Made by a program: the position numbers and the translations under genes
The notes under the pieces: model-generated
What the model was told of the DNA's origin: nothing
What the model saw: only the letters and a program-made list of their open reading frames with translations
Database searches by the model: none
Shown here: positions 38,540 to 56,829 of the stretch, piece after piece
How the letters are laid out: every line of letters begins with the position of its first letter
Numbering within the stretch: the first letter of the stretch is position 1
Assembly (NCBI GenBank): GCA_002269645.1
Contig: NIVC01001278.1
Coordinates: 1-64,000 of the forward strand
DNA: 64,000 bases
Origin: Macrostomum lignano
Taxonomy: Eukaryota
Direction: 5' to 3'

Positions 38540-41345
38540 GAGAGAGGTGAGGGGAGATAATGGAGAGAAAAGAGAGGGAGAAAGGTGAGAGAGGAGGTGA
38601 GAAAGAGAGGGAGAGGGGTGAGGAGAGAGGAAGAGAGGTGAGAAAGAGAGGGAGAGGGGTGAGGAGAGAGGAAGAGAGGTGAGAAAGAGGGGGAGAGAGG
38701 TGAGAAAGAGGGGGAGAGAGGTGAGAAAGAGGGGGAGAGAGGTGAGAAAGAGGGGGAGAGAGGTGAGAAAGAGGGGGAGAGAGGTGAGAAAGAGAGGAAG
38801 AGAGGTGAGAAAGAGAGGGAGAGGGGTGAGAAAGAGGGGGAGAGAGGTGAGAAAGAGAGGGAGAGAGGTGAGAAAGAGGGGGAGAGAGGTGAGAAAGAGG
38901 GGGAGAGAGGTGAGAAAGAGGGGGAGAGAGGTGAGAAAGAGGGGGAGAGAGGTGAGAAAGAGGGGGAGAGAGGTGAGAAAGAGAGGAAGAGAGGTGAGAA
39001 AGAGAGGAAGAGAGGTGAGAAAGAGAGGGAGAGAGGTGAGAAAGAGGGGGAGAGAGGTGAGAAAGAGGGGGAGAGAGGTGAGAAAGAGAGGAAGAGAGGT
39101 GAGAAAGAGAGGGAGAGAGGTGAGAAAGAGAGGGAGAGGGGTGAGGAGAGAGGAAGAGAGGTGAGAAAGAGAGGGAGAGAGGTGAGAAAGAGGGGGAGAG
39201 AGGTGAGAAAGAGAGGGAGAGGGGTGAGAAAGAGGGGGAGAGAGGTGAGAAAGAGAGGGAGAGGGGTGAGGAGAGAGGAAGAGAGGTGAGAAAGAGAGGG
39301 AGAGAGGTGAGAAAGAGGGGGAGAGAGGTGAGAAAGAGGGGGAGAGAGGTGAGAAAGAGGGGGAGAGAGGTGAGAAAGAGGGGGAGAGAGGTGAGAAAGA
39401 GGGGGAGAGAGGTGAGAAAGAGAGGAAGAGAGGTGAGAAAGAGAGGAAGAGAGGTGAGAAAGAGAGGGAGAGAGGTGAGAAAGAGGGGGAGAGAGGTGAG
39501 AAAGAGGGGGAGAGAGGTGAGAAAGAGAGGAAGAGAGGTGAGAAAGAGAGGGAGAGAGGTGAGAAAGAGAGGGAGAGGGGTGAGGAGAGAGGAAGAGAGG
39601 TGAGAAAGAGAGGGAGAGAGGTGAGAAAGAGGGGGAGAGAGGTGAGAAAGAGGGGGAGAGAGGTGAGAAAGAGAGGAAGAGAGGTGAGAAAGAGGGGGAG
39701 AGAGGTGAGAAAGAGGGGAGAGAGGTGAGAAAGAGGGGGGAGAGATGAGAAAGAGGGGGGAAAGAGGTGAGAAAGAGGGGGAGAGAGGTGAGAAAGAGGG
39801 GGAGAGAGGTGAGAAAGAGGGGGAGAGAGGTGAGAAAGAGAGGGAGAGAGGTGAGAAAGAGAGGGAGAGAGGTGAGAAAGAGGGGGAGAGAGGTGAGAAA
39901 GAGGGGGAGAGAGGTGAGAAAGAGAGGAAGAGAGGTGAGAAAGAGAGGAAGAGAGGTGAGAAAGAGAGGGAGAGAGGTGAGAAAGAGGGGGAGAGAGGTG
40001 AGAAAGAGGGGGAGAGAGGTGAGAAAGAGGGGGGGAGAGATGAGAAAGAGGGGGGAAAGAGGTGAGAAAGAGGGGGGAGAGAGGTGAGAAAGAGGGGAGA
40101 GAGGTGAGAAAGAGAGGGAGAGAGGTGAGAAAGAGGGGGAGAGAGGTGAGAAAGAGGGGGAGAGAGGTGAGAAAGAGAGGGAGAGAGGTGAGAAACAGAG
40201 GGAGAGAGGTGAGAAAGAGAGGGAGAGAGGTAAGAAAGAGAGGGAGAGAGGTGAGAAAGAGAGGGAGAGAGGTGAGAAAGAGAGGGAGAGAGGTGAGAAA
40301 GAGAGGAAGAGAGGTGAGAAAGAGGGGGAGAGAGGTGAGAAAGAGGGGGAGAGAGGTGAGAAAGAGGGGGAGAGAGGTGAGAAAGAGGGGGAGAGAGGTG
40401 AGAAAGAGAGGGAGAGAGGTGAGAAAGAGGGGGAGAGAGGTGAGAAAGAGAGGGAGAGAGGTGAGAAAGAGGGGGGAAAGAGGTGAGAAAGAGAGGGAGA
40501 GAGGTGAGAAAGAGGGGGAGAGGGGTGAGAAAGAGGGGGAGAGGGGTGAGAAAGAGGGGGAGAGAGGTGAGAAAGAGGGGAGAGAGGTGAGAAAGAGAGG
40601 GAGAGAGGTGAGAAAGAGAGGGAGAGAGGTGAGAAAGAGAGGGAGAGAGGTGAGAAAGAGAGGGAGAGAGGTGAGAAAGAGGGGGAGAGAGGTGAGAAAG
40701 AGAGGGAGAGAGGTGAGAAAGAGGGGAGAGAGGTGAGAAAGAGAGGGAGAGAGGTGAGAAAGAGAGGGAGAGAGGTGAGAAAGAGAGGGAGAGAGGTGAG
40801 AAAGAGAGGGAGAGAGGTGAGAAAGAGAGGGAGAGAGGTGAGAAAGAGAGGGAGAGAGGTGAGAAAGAGAGGAAGAGAGGTGAGAAAGAGGGGGAGAGAG
40901 GTGAGAAAGAGGGGGAGAGAGGTGAGAAAGAGGGGGAGAGAGGTGAGAAAGAGGGGGAGAGAGGTGAGAAAGAGAGGGAGAGAGGTGAGAAAGAGGGGGA
41001 GAGAGGTGAGAAAGAGAGGGAGAGAGGTGAGAAAGAGGGGGAAAGAGGTGAGAAAGAGAGGGAGAGAGGTGAGAAAGAGGGGAGAGGGTGAGAAAGAGGG
41101 GGAGAGGGTGAGAAAGAGGGGGAGAGAGGTGAGAAAGAGGGGAGAGAGGTGAGAAAGAGAGGGAGAGAGGTGAGAAAGAGAGGGAGAGAGGTGAGAAAGA
41201 GAGGGAGAGAGGTGAGAAAGAGAGGGAGAGAGGTGAGAAAGAGGGGGAGAGAGGTGAGAAAGAGAGGGAGAGAGGTGAGAAAGAGGGGGAGAGAGGTGAG
41301 AAAGAGAGGGAGAGAGGTGAGAAAGGAAGGCAGAGAGGTGGAGAG
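38540..41345. repeat. 22-bp polypurine minisatellite (gagaggtgagaaagaggggga-type)
   Basis: Period 22 over about 2.8 kb; almost only G/A, with one T per unit. Confidence 0.95.
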
Positions 41346-44300
41346 TCAAGAGAGACAGTGGCACAAATGAGAGGCAAAAAATACACGAAATCTTCTAGTT
41401 GCCAGCATCCTGAGGGGCACAGCCGACATCTCCTCCTCTCCCTCCTCTCTCGCAGGCGCATCCTGCCGCAGTGCCTCCTAAACACCGAATGGGGGAGGCA
41501 GGCCAGTAGGGAGGGTATTATCTGAGACAACAGTGAGCGACTGATGCGCCCCCTTGAATTGCTTTCTGTGTATACACTGACTGAGTGGCCAACGCTTTAA
41601 ACGCCAAGAAATCCTTCTCGCTGGTCTCCCCGACTGCAGCGGAGGGAGGGCGGTTCGACAGGCTGAAAGCAGACAAAAGCAGGCGGTGCCGACCGAAATT
41701 CTCCGCCACCGAGTCGAAATTCGCACAGATTGCTGCTTTTAGAAGAAGATTTTCTGCAGAACGATTTCGAAATGCGGAACTCTAAGCGGAGAACAACTTT
41801 GAGGTGAGTTGTTAAAACTGAGCTTCTTGGGTTTTTATGTTTTCAAGTGCTTTTACAATGCGGATTATTCTGCTTCTAGAAGGTGAAGAGTCACCCTTCT
41901 CCCCATGGCAACCGCATTCAATCCAAGGGATTGTGAAATTTGAGATCTGAAACTTGTAGGCGAGCTTTTATTGCTCAGGGATTTATAGCTGCTAAGATGA
42001 AGCATTGCCCTGGCGGCAGACTGCCAACAGCAGTTTGTAGAGAGAAAAATGAATTATGACTTTGCTTCAGTCTGAGTTGATGAGGGGATGATTGTCTTGT
42101 ACCTACCTTTCCCCGGATCATATTGCGCCAACCTCGATTGTGTCATTTTTTGCTTCTAATAGAAGAAGTTTTGGCCTCTTCTTACCTGTTCCCCAGCCCA
42201 GGACCGCATTGGGGCAGACGAAGCGGCCCGGTGTGAACAATTGCTACAAGACAAGTGGGCCATCCATTTTGCTTTCATCTTAATTATAATTTGCAGTTCG
42301 CGCAGCTCTGTACCGAACCCAGAAACCTGTTCGGCAAACTTCACAGAACACCCACAGATAGTTTAAAGCCATTTCTTTTTCTTTTAGGATTCGACCATTT
42401 TTCGACCAAATCAGGCTGGCTGTGGGGGATGCGGTTTAATTTCGAGTTCACTGACGAAAATGACTTGGCTACACAAGCCAGGCAGAAGCTGAGAGAGATG
42501 CTGGCAGCAACTTGATGAAGCGCGTGCTGGAATGCGCAGCTGGAACTGTTGGAGACTTACTTCGGGATTCGGGGAAATCGTGACAAGGAACGCTCTGATC
42601 CCAACAGTCAGATAGTGACAAACCATTCCTTGGCAAATCAAAAATCGATAGCAAAGTCTCGAATACCCGGGGCTTAAGCTGTGCCATTAGCTGTTTAGCT
42701 GCTGGTCGCTTTGAAGTGTTAACACTTTCCCAGCCTCCCTCGCTATGGGTGGCGCTGCATCCTGCGAGGGCACAGCTTCCTCTGTTCCAGCCAGACGGGC
42801 CAAGAACTGGCGCAGCCTCCCCTTGGGGGGCAGCCTTGTGCAGATGCTTATCTAGATCGCTTCTTGGCCCTGCACTGGGGAGATCAGAATCTTGCCCACT
42901 TTTTTCACTTCTCCTCCCACCCCCTCTCTTTGGCCCGTGTCAAGCAGGTATGGGCGCGAGTTTAGCAGTGAAGGTGCTAAATATCCTAAAATATGCAGCC
43001 GAGGGGCGGAACCGTACCTGCACTCCCAGCTAGCATCCTTTCGAAATCCCCGAGATCAGCGGGCGTGCTGAAGATCCCGAATTGATTAGCGATCAGGTGG
43101 CAGGGCGTGAGGGGGGGGGGCGGAGATGAAGTGATGAAGTGGCCGCTTCAGGGAGGACACCCTGACTAGCTGGAAGCAAGCATTGTGACAATCAGCAGTC
43201 TTTTGCATAGACTGTACTGTGTGAGAGAGTCTTTGTAGATCTTTATAACACTGTCGCATGCAGTCTTGGTTTAGTCTGTCATATTACCTTATTAAAACCC
43301 ATTGTTAAATTTAGTGAACTCTCTCTCTCTCTCTCTTGATACTTCGCTAAGTTTGCTTTGAACTTCAGAATAAACAGTTAGCTTAATTTCGGTTCTTCAG
43401 ATTTCACTTCGACAATGGAAATAATTGCGCATCGCGGTGTCACTTGAAGTACTTGGGGGGGGGGGGAACTCTCTCCCTCATCAAATAAAATGCTCCCCCC
43501 CCGAGTCCTCAATTAAGAATCCCCATCTAACCAGCTCGAAATCATGGCACGGGCACCCCCGCTGACACCTGTTTATAATCACCGTTGCTGATGCTAAACA
43601 CACCCCGGCTAAACTAAGGGGATGGTGGATGTTTTAATTTCCCACAGATTTCCTTAAGCCGGTCGGATGATGGAGGAAAGTCTCGTGCTGCGAACTGTTG
43701 ATGGCGTGCGGAACCCCCCCCGCCAACCCCAGCTTCGGTTGCCATGCAGATTCCCAAACGAGTAGACGAAATATATTGACGTTGAACTCGAATGCAGCAC
43801 TGGTGTTTATTAGACCAGGGGGCGGGGGTTCGAGCCCTGATTATTCTGCTGCCGTGCTGTGATATTTCACCCTTCCGCCAAATCTGCTGGCAAATGCGAG
43901 TATAAACAAAGCAAGCGGCCTGACCAGCTATTTGGTAGATTAAGAATAGGTCAAAGAATTGGAAAATGGGAAGAAAGTGGAGGGGAAGAGAGGAAAGAAG
44001 AAGGGGAGAAGAATTCATATTTTTTGGCCGCAGAAAGTCACGATCGTGCGATGATGGCGCTTAAAGGAGGCTGCGTGTGCGGCACAGAAAGTGGCACAAG
44101 ATTTATTAAGATTATCCTAATAACTTTCTAAAGCGTTCTAAACTCTCTCCTCCGTGCGTGGCGTCCCAGCGGAGCTGGCGGTGGTTGCCAAGGTAGAAAC
44201 TCCCCAGTGACCCAACTGCCGCGAGGCAGACACCTGCAGCTGCGGGGAATCCCCTTCACTTTTCCCCCGCTCTATTAATCCTACAAATCCTCTTTCTTCC

Positions 44301-44691
44301 CTGGAAATCTTCCATCACACCTCCCACCTGGACAAAGTGCCGGAACGACTTATCCCCTCCCCATGGCAACTCGCAGATCCTGTGCTGGCAAGAAACGTCT
44401 GAATGTTAAATGCTTTGCAAAAAACCGCGCAGCGAATAATGACACCCGGGTTACTACAATGCGGCTTCTTCTTCTTTTACTGTTCGCACCTGCCGGCAAG
44501 TCTTGCACACGTTTTTGTTGCTCTCGTGACTGTGCAGTGTCGGTGTTACTACGGGAATGATGGAGCTGTGTGGGATCAAATTTCGTTTAAAATGCCTAAC
44601 AAAAATACAAAGTGAAGCTGAGTGCTTCTACATCAGCTAGTTCGCTTCCCGATCTTCTCTCTCCTTTTTCAGAATTCGTCTGTTTTAAAGT

Positions 44692-45870
44692 TTTTCCTAG
44701 AATCACCTGTCCCCGCTTTACCCTCTCCAGTCTCATCTTTCATAGAATCACCTGTCCCCGCTTTACCCTCTTCAGTCTCACCTTTCCTAGAATCATCTGT
44801 CCCTGCTTTAACCTCTCCAGTCTCACCTTTCCTAGAATCACCTATCTCCGCTTTACCCTCTCCAGTCTCACCTTTCCTAGAATCACCTATCCCCGCTTTA
44901 CCCTCTCCAGTCTCACCTTTCATAGAATCACCTGTCCCCGCTTTACCCTCTCCAGTCTCATCTTAGAATCACCTGTCCCCGCTTTACACTCTCCAGTCTC
45001 ACATTTCCTAGAAACACCTGTCTCCGTTTTACCCTCTCCAGTCTCACCTTTCCTAGAATCACCTGTCCCCGCTTTACCCTCTTCAGTCTCACCTTTCCTA
45101 GAATCACCTGTCCCCGCTTTACCCTCTTCAGTCTCACCTTTCCTAGAATCACCTATCTCCGTTTTACCCTCTCCAGTCTCACCTTTCCTAGAATCACCTG
45201 CCGCCGCTTTACCCTCTGCAGTCTCACCTTTCCTAGAATCACCTGTCCCCGCTTTACCCTCTGCAGTCTCACCTTTCCTAGAATCACCTGTCCCCGCTTT
45301 ACCCTCTCCAGTCTCATCCTTCATAGAATCACCTGTCCCCGCTTTACCCTCTCCAGTCTCACCTTTCCTAGAATCACCTGTCCCCGCTTTATCCTCTCCA
45401 GTCTCACCTTTCCTAGAATCACCTGTCCCCGCTTTATCCTCTCCAGTCTCACCTTTCCTAGAAGCACCTATCTCCGTTTTACCCTCTCTAGTCTCACCTT
45501 TCCTAGAATCATCTGTCCCCGCTTTACCCTCTGCAGTCTTACCTTTCCTAGAATCACCTGTCCCCGCTTTACCCTCTGCAGTCTTACCTTTCCTAGAATC
45601 ACCTGTCCTTGCTTTACCCTCTGCAGTCTCACCTTTCCTAGAATCACCTGTCCCCGCTTTACCCTCTCCAGTCTCACCTTTCCTAGAATCACCTGTCCCC
45701 GCTTTATCCTCTCCAGTCTCACCTTTCCTAGAATCATCTGTCCCCGCTTTACCCTCTGCAGTCTTACCTTTCCTAGAATCACCTGTCCCCGCTTTACCCT
45801 CTCCAGTCTCACCTTTCCTAGAATCACCTATCCCCGCTTTACCCTCTCCAGTCTCACCTTTCCTAGAATC
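44692..45870. repeat. 42-bp minisatellite (ttcctagaatcacctgtccccgctttaccctctccagtctcacct-type), unrelated to the other 42-bp family
   Basis: Period 42, about 28 units. Confidence 0.95.
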
Positions 45871-46733
45871 ACACGCCTCATCGCTAGAATGACAACATCA
45901 GCTGTTACTTATATCAAAGTTCGTACGCAAAAAACAACATGCAAATTGGATGCCCAGTTTTTAACTGTCAATCTACACAAAATATTCGTTGACAATGGGC
46001 CCAAAATTTAACTTTATATTAATAAGATTTTTAGACGACAAAAACACAAACAAATGGAAACTTTGCTCTCGCCAACAACAGGTGCGCCTCATTTCACGCA
46101 AAGGCAAAAAATTATCTTTCTATTTTAAATTGACTGACACCCCAGTCCGCAGCAGCCTGATCTGCTGGGTTTCCCATAGTTGCTGGGCAATTTTTCAACT
46201 TGATTATCCCACTGGGGACTGTCTTCGTATCATTCCCACATCGTCTGCGTACTCTGGAGGCCTTTTTCCCCAACCGATTCCCATTTTAAAAGTTAATTAA
46301 TTTTCACCCAGTTTTAACTTCGAACAGGCAAAAAAGGAATGGCAGAGAGGATGCGACAGGCGGGACTTGGTGGGGGCCGATCCGCCAATTCCGGCGCACT
46401 CATGCGGAGTCAGGCTCTGGGGAGCTTTTGTTGGGAAAATAATCCCTTGCAGAGACATGCGCAACTCAAAGAGTTGTTTTTGCTCACCTACGGACGCAGC
46501 GCTCGCGCCTCGGGTGACAAAGGAAATGCTAGTTGTCTCTGGCGCCATCTCGTGACTGATAAATTTATTAATTTGACTTTGCAAACAATATCCGAGGTGA
46601 GCGAGCGCTGTGGGCTTTTCTATAAGTTGATTGATGGAGTCGGCACCTGAGACAGCATCGTTCTCAGCGGTTTAGCATTGGGACTTTTTCCCATCTTGGC
46701 AAGGTGAACTGGCAGAATTTAACGGAATTTTGC

Positions 46734-47080
<347 letters not shown>

Positions 47081-47136
47081 TATCTACGCACCCAGCCACC
47101 CATTCACAGAATTGTGTTTGGCTACATTGCATATCG

Positions 47137-47195
47137 CACACACAGGACACACAGCACACACAGCACACACAGCACACACAGCACACACAGCACAC
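47137..47195. repeat. 9-bp repeat (acacagcac)n
   Basis: About 6 units. Confidence 0.8.
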
Positions 47196-47814
47196 TTACT
47201 AAAGGCAAATTATTCTTGAAGACTGTCAGCTACACTCCAGTGGGTTATGCACTGACACACCATCAAAGGCTTTGAGAGCGGTGAAAACACTCGTCGAAAC
47301 CAAGCCCCAAGCTCGAGTCCAGCTCTGCACAAAAATGCGAGACAGAGCTCGGCATGTAGCGAAATGCCTTATAACAAATTGGTTCGCAGCTCATGGCCCA
47401 AGTCGCTACTGTTGTCAGATTGCACGCGAAACGCTTGCAGCATCAGTCTAAATTCGGTGAAATATCAGCACGCATCCGATGGAGGGGAGGGGAAGATTAT
47501 CGATACACGCGCAGCATGCAGGCAGCCTGGGGTTTGCAGGGGACGGTTTTCCTATACGTTAAGGTCCTGTCTGTTGTGTGCTTCAGCTGCAGAAATCACT
47601 GACTGATTGCTACACTGCTTGTAACACCGTTCTGCCTTCGGTAACTTGATGCTGAATGTGGGTGTACATAGCAGGTCCAGTTCATGGAATGAGAGCCGGA
47701 GTGTCTGGTGTGCATCGTCACTTATGCTTCTGTAAGAGGTTTGAGATTGTTCTTTTAATTAAGCGATGCGGTCCTATATTTTTATCCATGTGCGGTTCCT
47801 TCTAAATCCATTTC

Positions 47815-48458
47815 AAATCCACCCCTGTCCTCTCTTGAATCCGCCCTTGTCCTCTCAAATCCGCTCCTGTCCTCTCTTGAATCCGCCCCTGTCCTCTCTT
47901 GAATCCGCCCCTGTCCTCTCTTGAATCCGCCCTTGTCCTCTCAAATCCGCTCCTGTCCTCTCTTGAATCCGCCCCTGTCCTCTCTTGAATCCGTCCCTGT
48001 CCTCTCTTGAATCCGCCCTTGTCCTCTCAAATCCGCTCCTGTCCTCTCTTGAATCCGCCCCTGTCCTCTCTTGAATCCGCCCTTGTCCTCTCAAATCCGC
48101 CCCTGTCCTCTCTTGAATCCGCCCCTGTCAATTCCGCCCCTGTCCTCTCTCAAATCCGCCCCTGTCCTCTCAAATCCGCCCCTGTCCTCTCAAATCCGCC
48201 CCTGTCCTCTCAAATCCGCCCCTGTCCTCTCAAATCCGCCCCTGTCCTCTCAAATCCGCCCCTGTCCTCTCAAATCCGCCCCTGTCCTCTCAAATCCGCC
48301 CCTGTCCTCTCAAATCCGCCCCTGTCCTCTCAAATCCGCCCCTGTCCTCTCAAATCCGCCCTGTCCTCTCAAATCCGCTCCTGTCCTCTCAAATCCGCCC
48401 CTGTCCTCTCAAATCCGCCCCTGTCCTCTCAAATCCGCCCCTGTCCTCTCAAATCGCC
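47815..48458. repeat. 20/22-bp minisatellite (aaatccgcccctgtcctctc)
   Basis: Period 20 in the 3' half; 22-bp variants in the 5' half. Confidence 0.92.
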
Positions 48459-49002
48459 CCATAGAAGTTATAAGAGCTCATCAAGAAGGCAAAATCAATT
48501 CTCAAATCACAAATAGGAAAACCTAGCGCACAATCTCAAATCTCCCTCAAGGGCCTGCATAGATAAGTCACTATAATTGGCGTCCACAAGCCCGTGACCT
48601 TCAATTTTAATCGAATTGTTGGCAGGGACCTGTCAGCCGCTCCGCCGTGGCCGGGTGTCATTTCAATCGGTTCATTGCGCCATCCACCGTATATGCGAGT
48701 ATGGAAGCTACTCAAAGTCAAATTGTTCAACTCCATTATATCACCATATGCTACCCGCTCCACTGAGCACAATCTTTTGAGCCAACATCCTTGGCTCTTC
48801 AACCAAGCAGGTGCGATGTTTACAGAGAGGATTAGCGCGTCCTCACAGCCACTTGCCTACTTAATCTTCATGAGCGAGTCGTGTTCCCAATGGCTTGCTT
48901 TTTAAGAAGCATTTTAGTAGAGAAAAAGGCTTGTTGGAATTAGGAAATAGACTTCTTTTCTAAAATGAAATCATTAAAATTTTAATGATTCGAGTGTATT
49001 GG

Positions 49003-49196
49003 AAGGATTGCTAATCTAGCCAACGTCACTGATGAAGGAATAGAATGGATTGCTAATCTAGCCAACATCACTGATGAAGGAATAGAATGGATTGCTAATC
49101 TAGCCAACATCACTGACAAAGGATTAGAATGGATTGCTAATCTAGCCAACATCATAATTGAAGAATAGAATGGATTGCTTATCTAGCCAACATCAT
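49003..49196. repeat. 42-bp minisatellite family, copy 3 (upstream of FoxC)
   Basis: Same unit as 23668-24785, about 4.5 units. Confidence 0.92.
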
Positions 49197-49881
49197 CAAA
49201 ATAAGTTTTAGCACCTGAAAAGTGACAATGCTTTCTCAACACACCGGAGACATCGAGCTCTCGTCAATAATACAGCAGGGCAGCTGTTTGGGAAAAATTC
49301 GCCGGCAGTTGATGAAGGCTGCCTCAGAGGGAGACTCGCCATTGGTTCGGTCGATGGCCGGTTTGAAGAATTGCAGCGGAGAGCTCTCATTGGCTGGCGG
49401 GCTGCAGCAACCGCTGAGGAGGATGGGGCGGCGGCCGGCAGCCCCTTGGGTTTCTAGGAATGGAGGAGCGGGGGCGGCTCCAGCTGCCTCTCTCGTTCCT
49501 CCTCGATTATTTTGACTTGCCTTAAACGAAAGCAAAGCCAAGGTGAGAGAGTGAGAGATTCGAGGGCCGCAGAGCATCAGAGCATACAAACACAGTTCGC
49601 AACCCCTTCATCTGGCTGTTTGTTAAGAAAACTTCCGCAGAACCTTCAGTAGCTGGCAGGCGCAGAGGCCCACCAGACACGCCCCCTGTTTGTCTAATTT
49701 TTGACCTGACACCAACCCAACTGAATCCGAGACCTGCATAGGCGAAGTTGTTCCAAGCAGCACTGATTTGTTGATAGAGCATCAGGGTTGGCTCTATTAT
49801 TATTAGCACTCAATTGTTTGCATTTTCTGCACTTTGTCAGTTCTGCTTGCCCGTCTGTCACCTGCAGTGAGAGACAGCAGT

Positions 49882-54360
<4,479 letters not shown>

Positions 54361-54977
54361 TCTGCTATCGTGTGTTACCGTAAACTTTGCCTTGGAGTAA
54401 CTGTACTGCACAGCATAAAGCTAATAGCAGTTTGATTGGCTATCTGTTGCGATTTTGAAATGACCCTTCGATCTCATGCTAAATCACTGTTTTGTTTAAC
54501 CAGTTTACTTTTTCCGGCTTTATTTTTCATTTCTTTAATATTTACTTAGCGTCTAGCTACTGTCAGTAGTTCCTACTGCTAACTTTGCTATTAATATTAA
54601 TGTTAAAGCAAAAAAACTTCTTTCTGATGATTGCCTTTGTACCTTTAACACTGCTTTTAGAAAAACTACGTTTAATAGTATAGTTCTCTCGCTAAGAATA
54701 TTGTACAGGACACACGTGTACTCCAGCCTCTTCTAGTAGAGTCGCACCGGAGTTTGTTGTAAATTTCTACACTTAGCCGTCGACTACAAAAAGCACACGT
54801 TTCACTGCCTGTCCCTATAGCTGTTAATCACCTCTTAGTTTATCTCAGCTGAATTGTTAATTAAACAAAAATAAACAAACAACATTTATAAATAATATCC
54901 AGTTCCCGAAAATGATTTTTTTCATTTTCATTGCGACATAATAAGTTGCAATCATTACAATTACTAAATCTCTAAGA

Positions 54978-55578
<601 letters not shown>

Positions 55579-55871
55579 TCCTACTATAGCTATCGAGATA
55601 AGATAAAATGACTAACACTTGATGATAGATGACACACAGGCTAAATAGCGAAGTTGCAATGGTAATGACAAATGTGCTTTTGATGACAAATTTGCTCCAA
55701 TGCCCATACGAGCTAGAAAGAAAACTCTTCTCCTGCTCCGTCTCCGGTTACTGGAATAGAAACCGAAAGGCATCGAAAGCAAGCAGGCACGAGATCGAAC
55801 ATTCTTTAGCTTAAAACTTCAAGAATTGAATGTTCATGGCTAATTGTGAAGTTCGAGCTCATTAAAGGGAC

Positions 55872-56243
55872 TGTAAGTACATCAACTACCTGGAGTGTGT
55901 GGCGCCTTTGCTTTTTATTATCCTTTTCAAAGAGCACCTAGCTAACTGCCACATCGTTTTTTTTCACACCGAAAACTCGTCTGTGGCTGGAGTGCTGCGC
56001 AAGGGCTCTGACCCAGCTTCTCGCCTGAGCCGTAAGCATGCCTAATTTATTTCTTATTTCTTTACTATGGCACTATCTACATTGACCCATCCGTTATCGC
56101 ATCGCACGCCCTGTCTGTTGCTTCCTGTCAATCTCTCCTCTCACAGGTTCTGCAGTTGCAGAGGAGCCCCTGAGGACGGAACGAGACCGGCTGCTCAACC
56201 AAGCTCTGGCGCCGAATACGAGACGAGCCCTCAGGTCCCAGTA
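55872..56243 (+). mobile_element. Degenerate DIRS/Ngaro-like (tyrosine recombinase retroelement) remnant
   Basis: 55872-56030 reads CKYINYLECVAPLLFIILFKEHLANCHIVFFHTENSSVAGVLRKGS, resembling DIRS-type RNase H (INxLE...DNxxV...KG). About 56150-56243 reads RDRLLNQALAPNTRRA, resembling a YR N-terminus. Motif recall only. Confidence 0.5.
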
Positions 56244-56829
56244 GTGAGCTGATAGCTAGTGTATTTCGATTCAGGCTTACACTTTAATGGATAGCGGGAC
56301 ACGTACTGATAAATTTGATTTCTCGGATTAAACGACTCCACGTGTGCACAGTTCTTGTAGCAATTCCTTTCCTACAAAGTATGGTACTACGAGTATAAGG
56401 ACTACGAGAAGCAAAAGGGAACCGGAAATGCTTCAAATATTAAAAACTTACTCAAATTACAACTCCGAGTCAAAAGCGCGTCAACAACGCGTCAGATACG
56501 CTTCAGCGATAGCCCTAATCAAACGATTCAAGTACGAGTCAAAAACGATTCAGAAACGCCGCTAAAACGCGTCACCTGAATCGTTTTTGACGCGTTTCCA
56601 CAAAACGCTTCAAAGTGATTCAGAAACGCTTCAAACACGCGTCTTTTACGACGTGTACCATGACATCTCGTCGGTTTTGAATCACACAGAATTACTTTCC
56701 CTCCAGTCCCCCAGTGCAACTCCAAAACGCTTCAAAAGCGATTCAAATACGACGCAAACGCTTCATTTACGATTCTAGGCCACAGTCACGTTTTCATCGG
56801 GAAAGTTTTCTGGCTCAGACGATAACGAT

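Noticed and set aside
43800-43840. GGTTCGAGCCC B-box suggesting a tRNA or SINE
   Set aside because: No acceptor stem, cloverleaf or properly spaced A-box.
56207-56220. tggcgccgaatacg as the Gypsy primer-binding site
   Set aside because: No LTR-ending CA upstream matches the putative 3' LTR, there is no convincing tRNA match, and it is better explained as ALAPNTR of the DIRS-like remnant.
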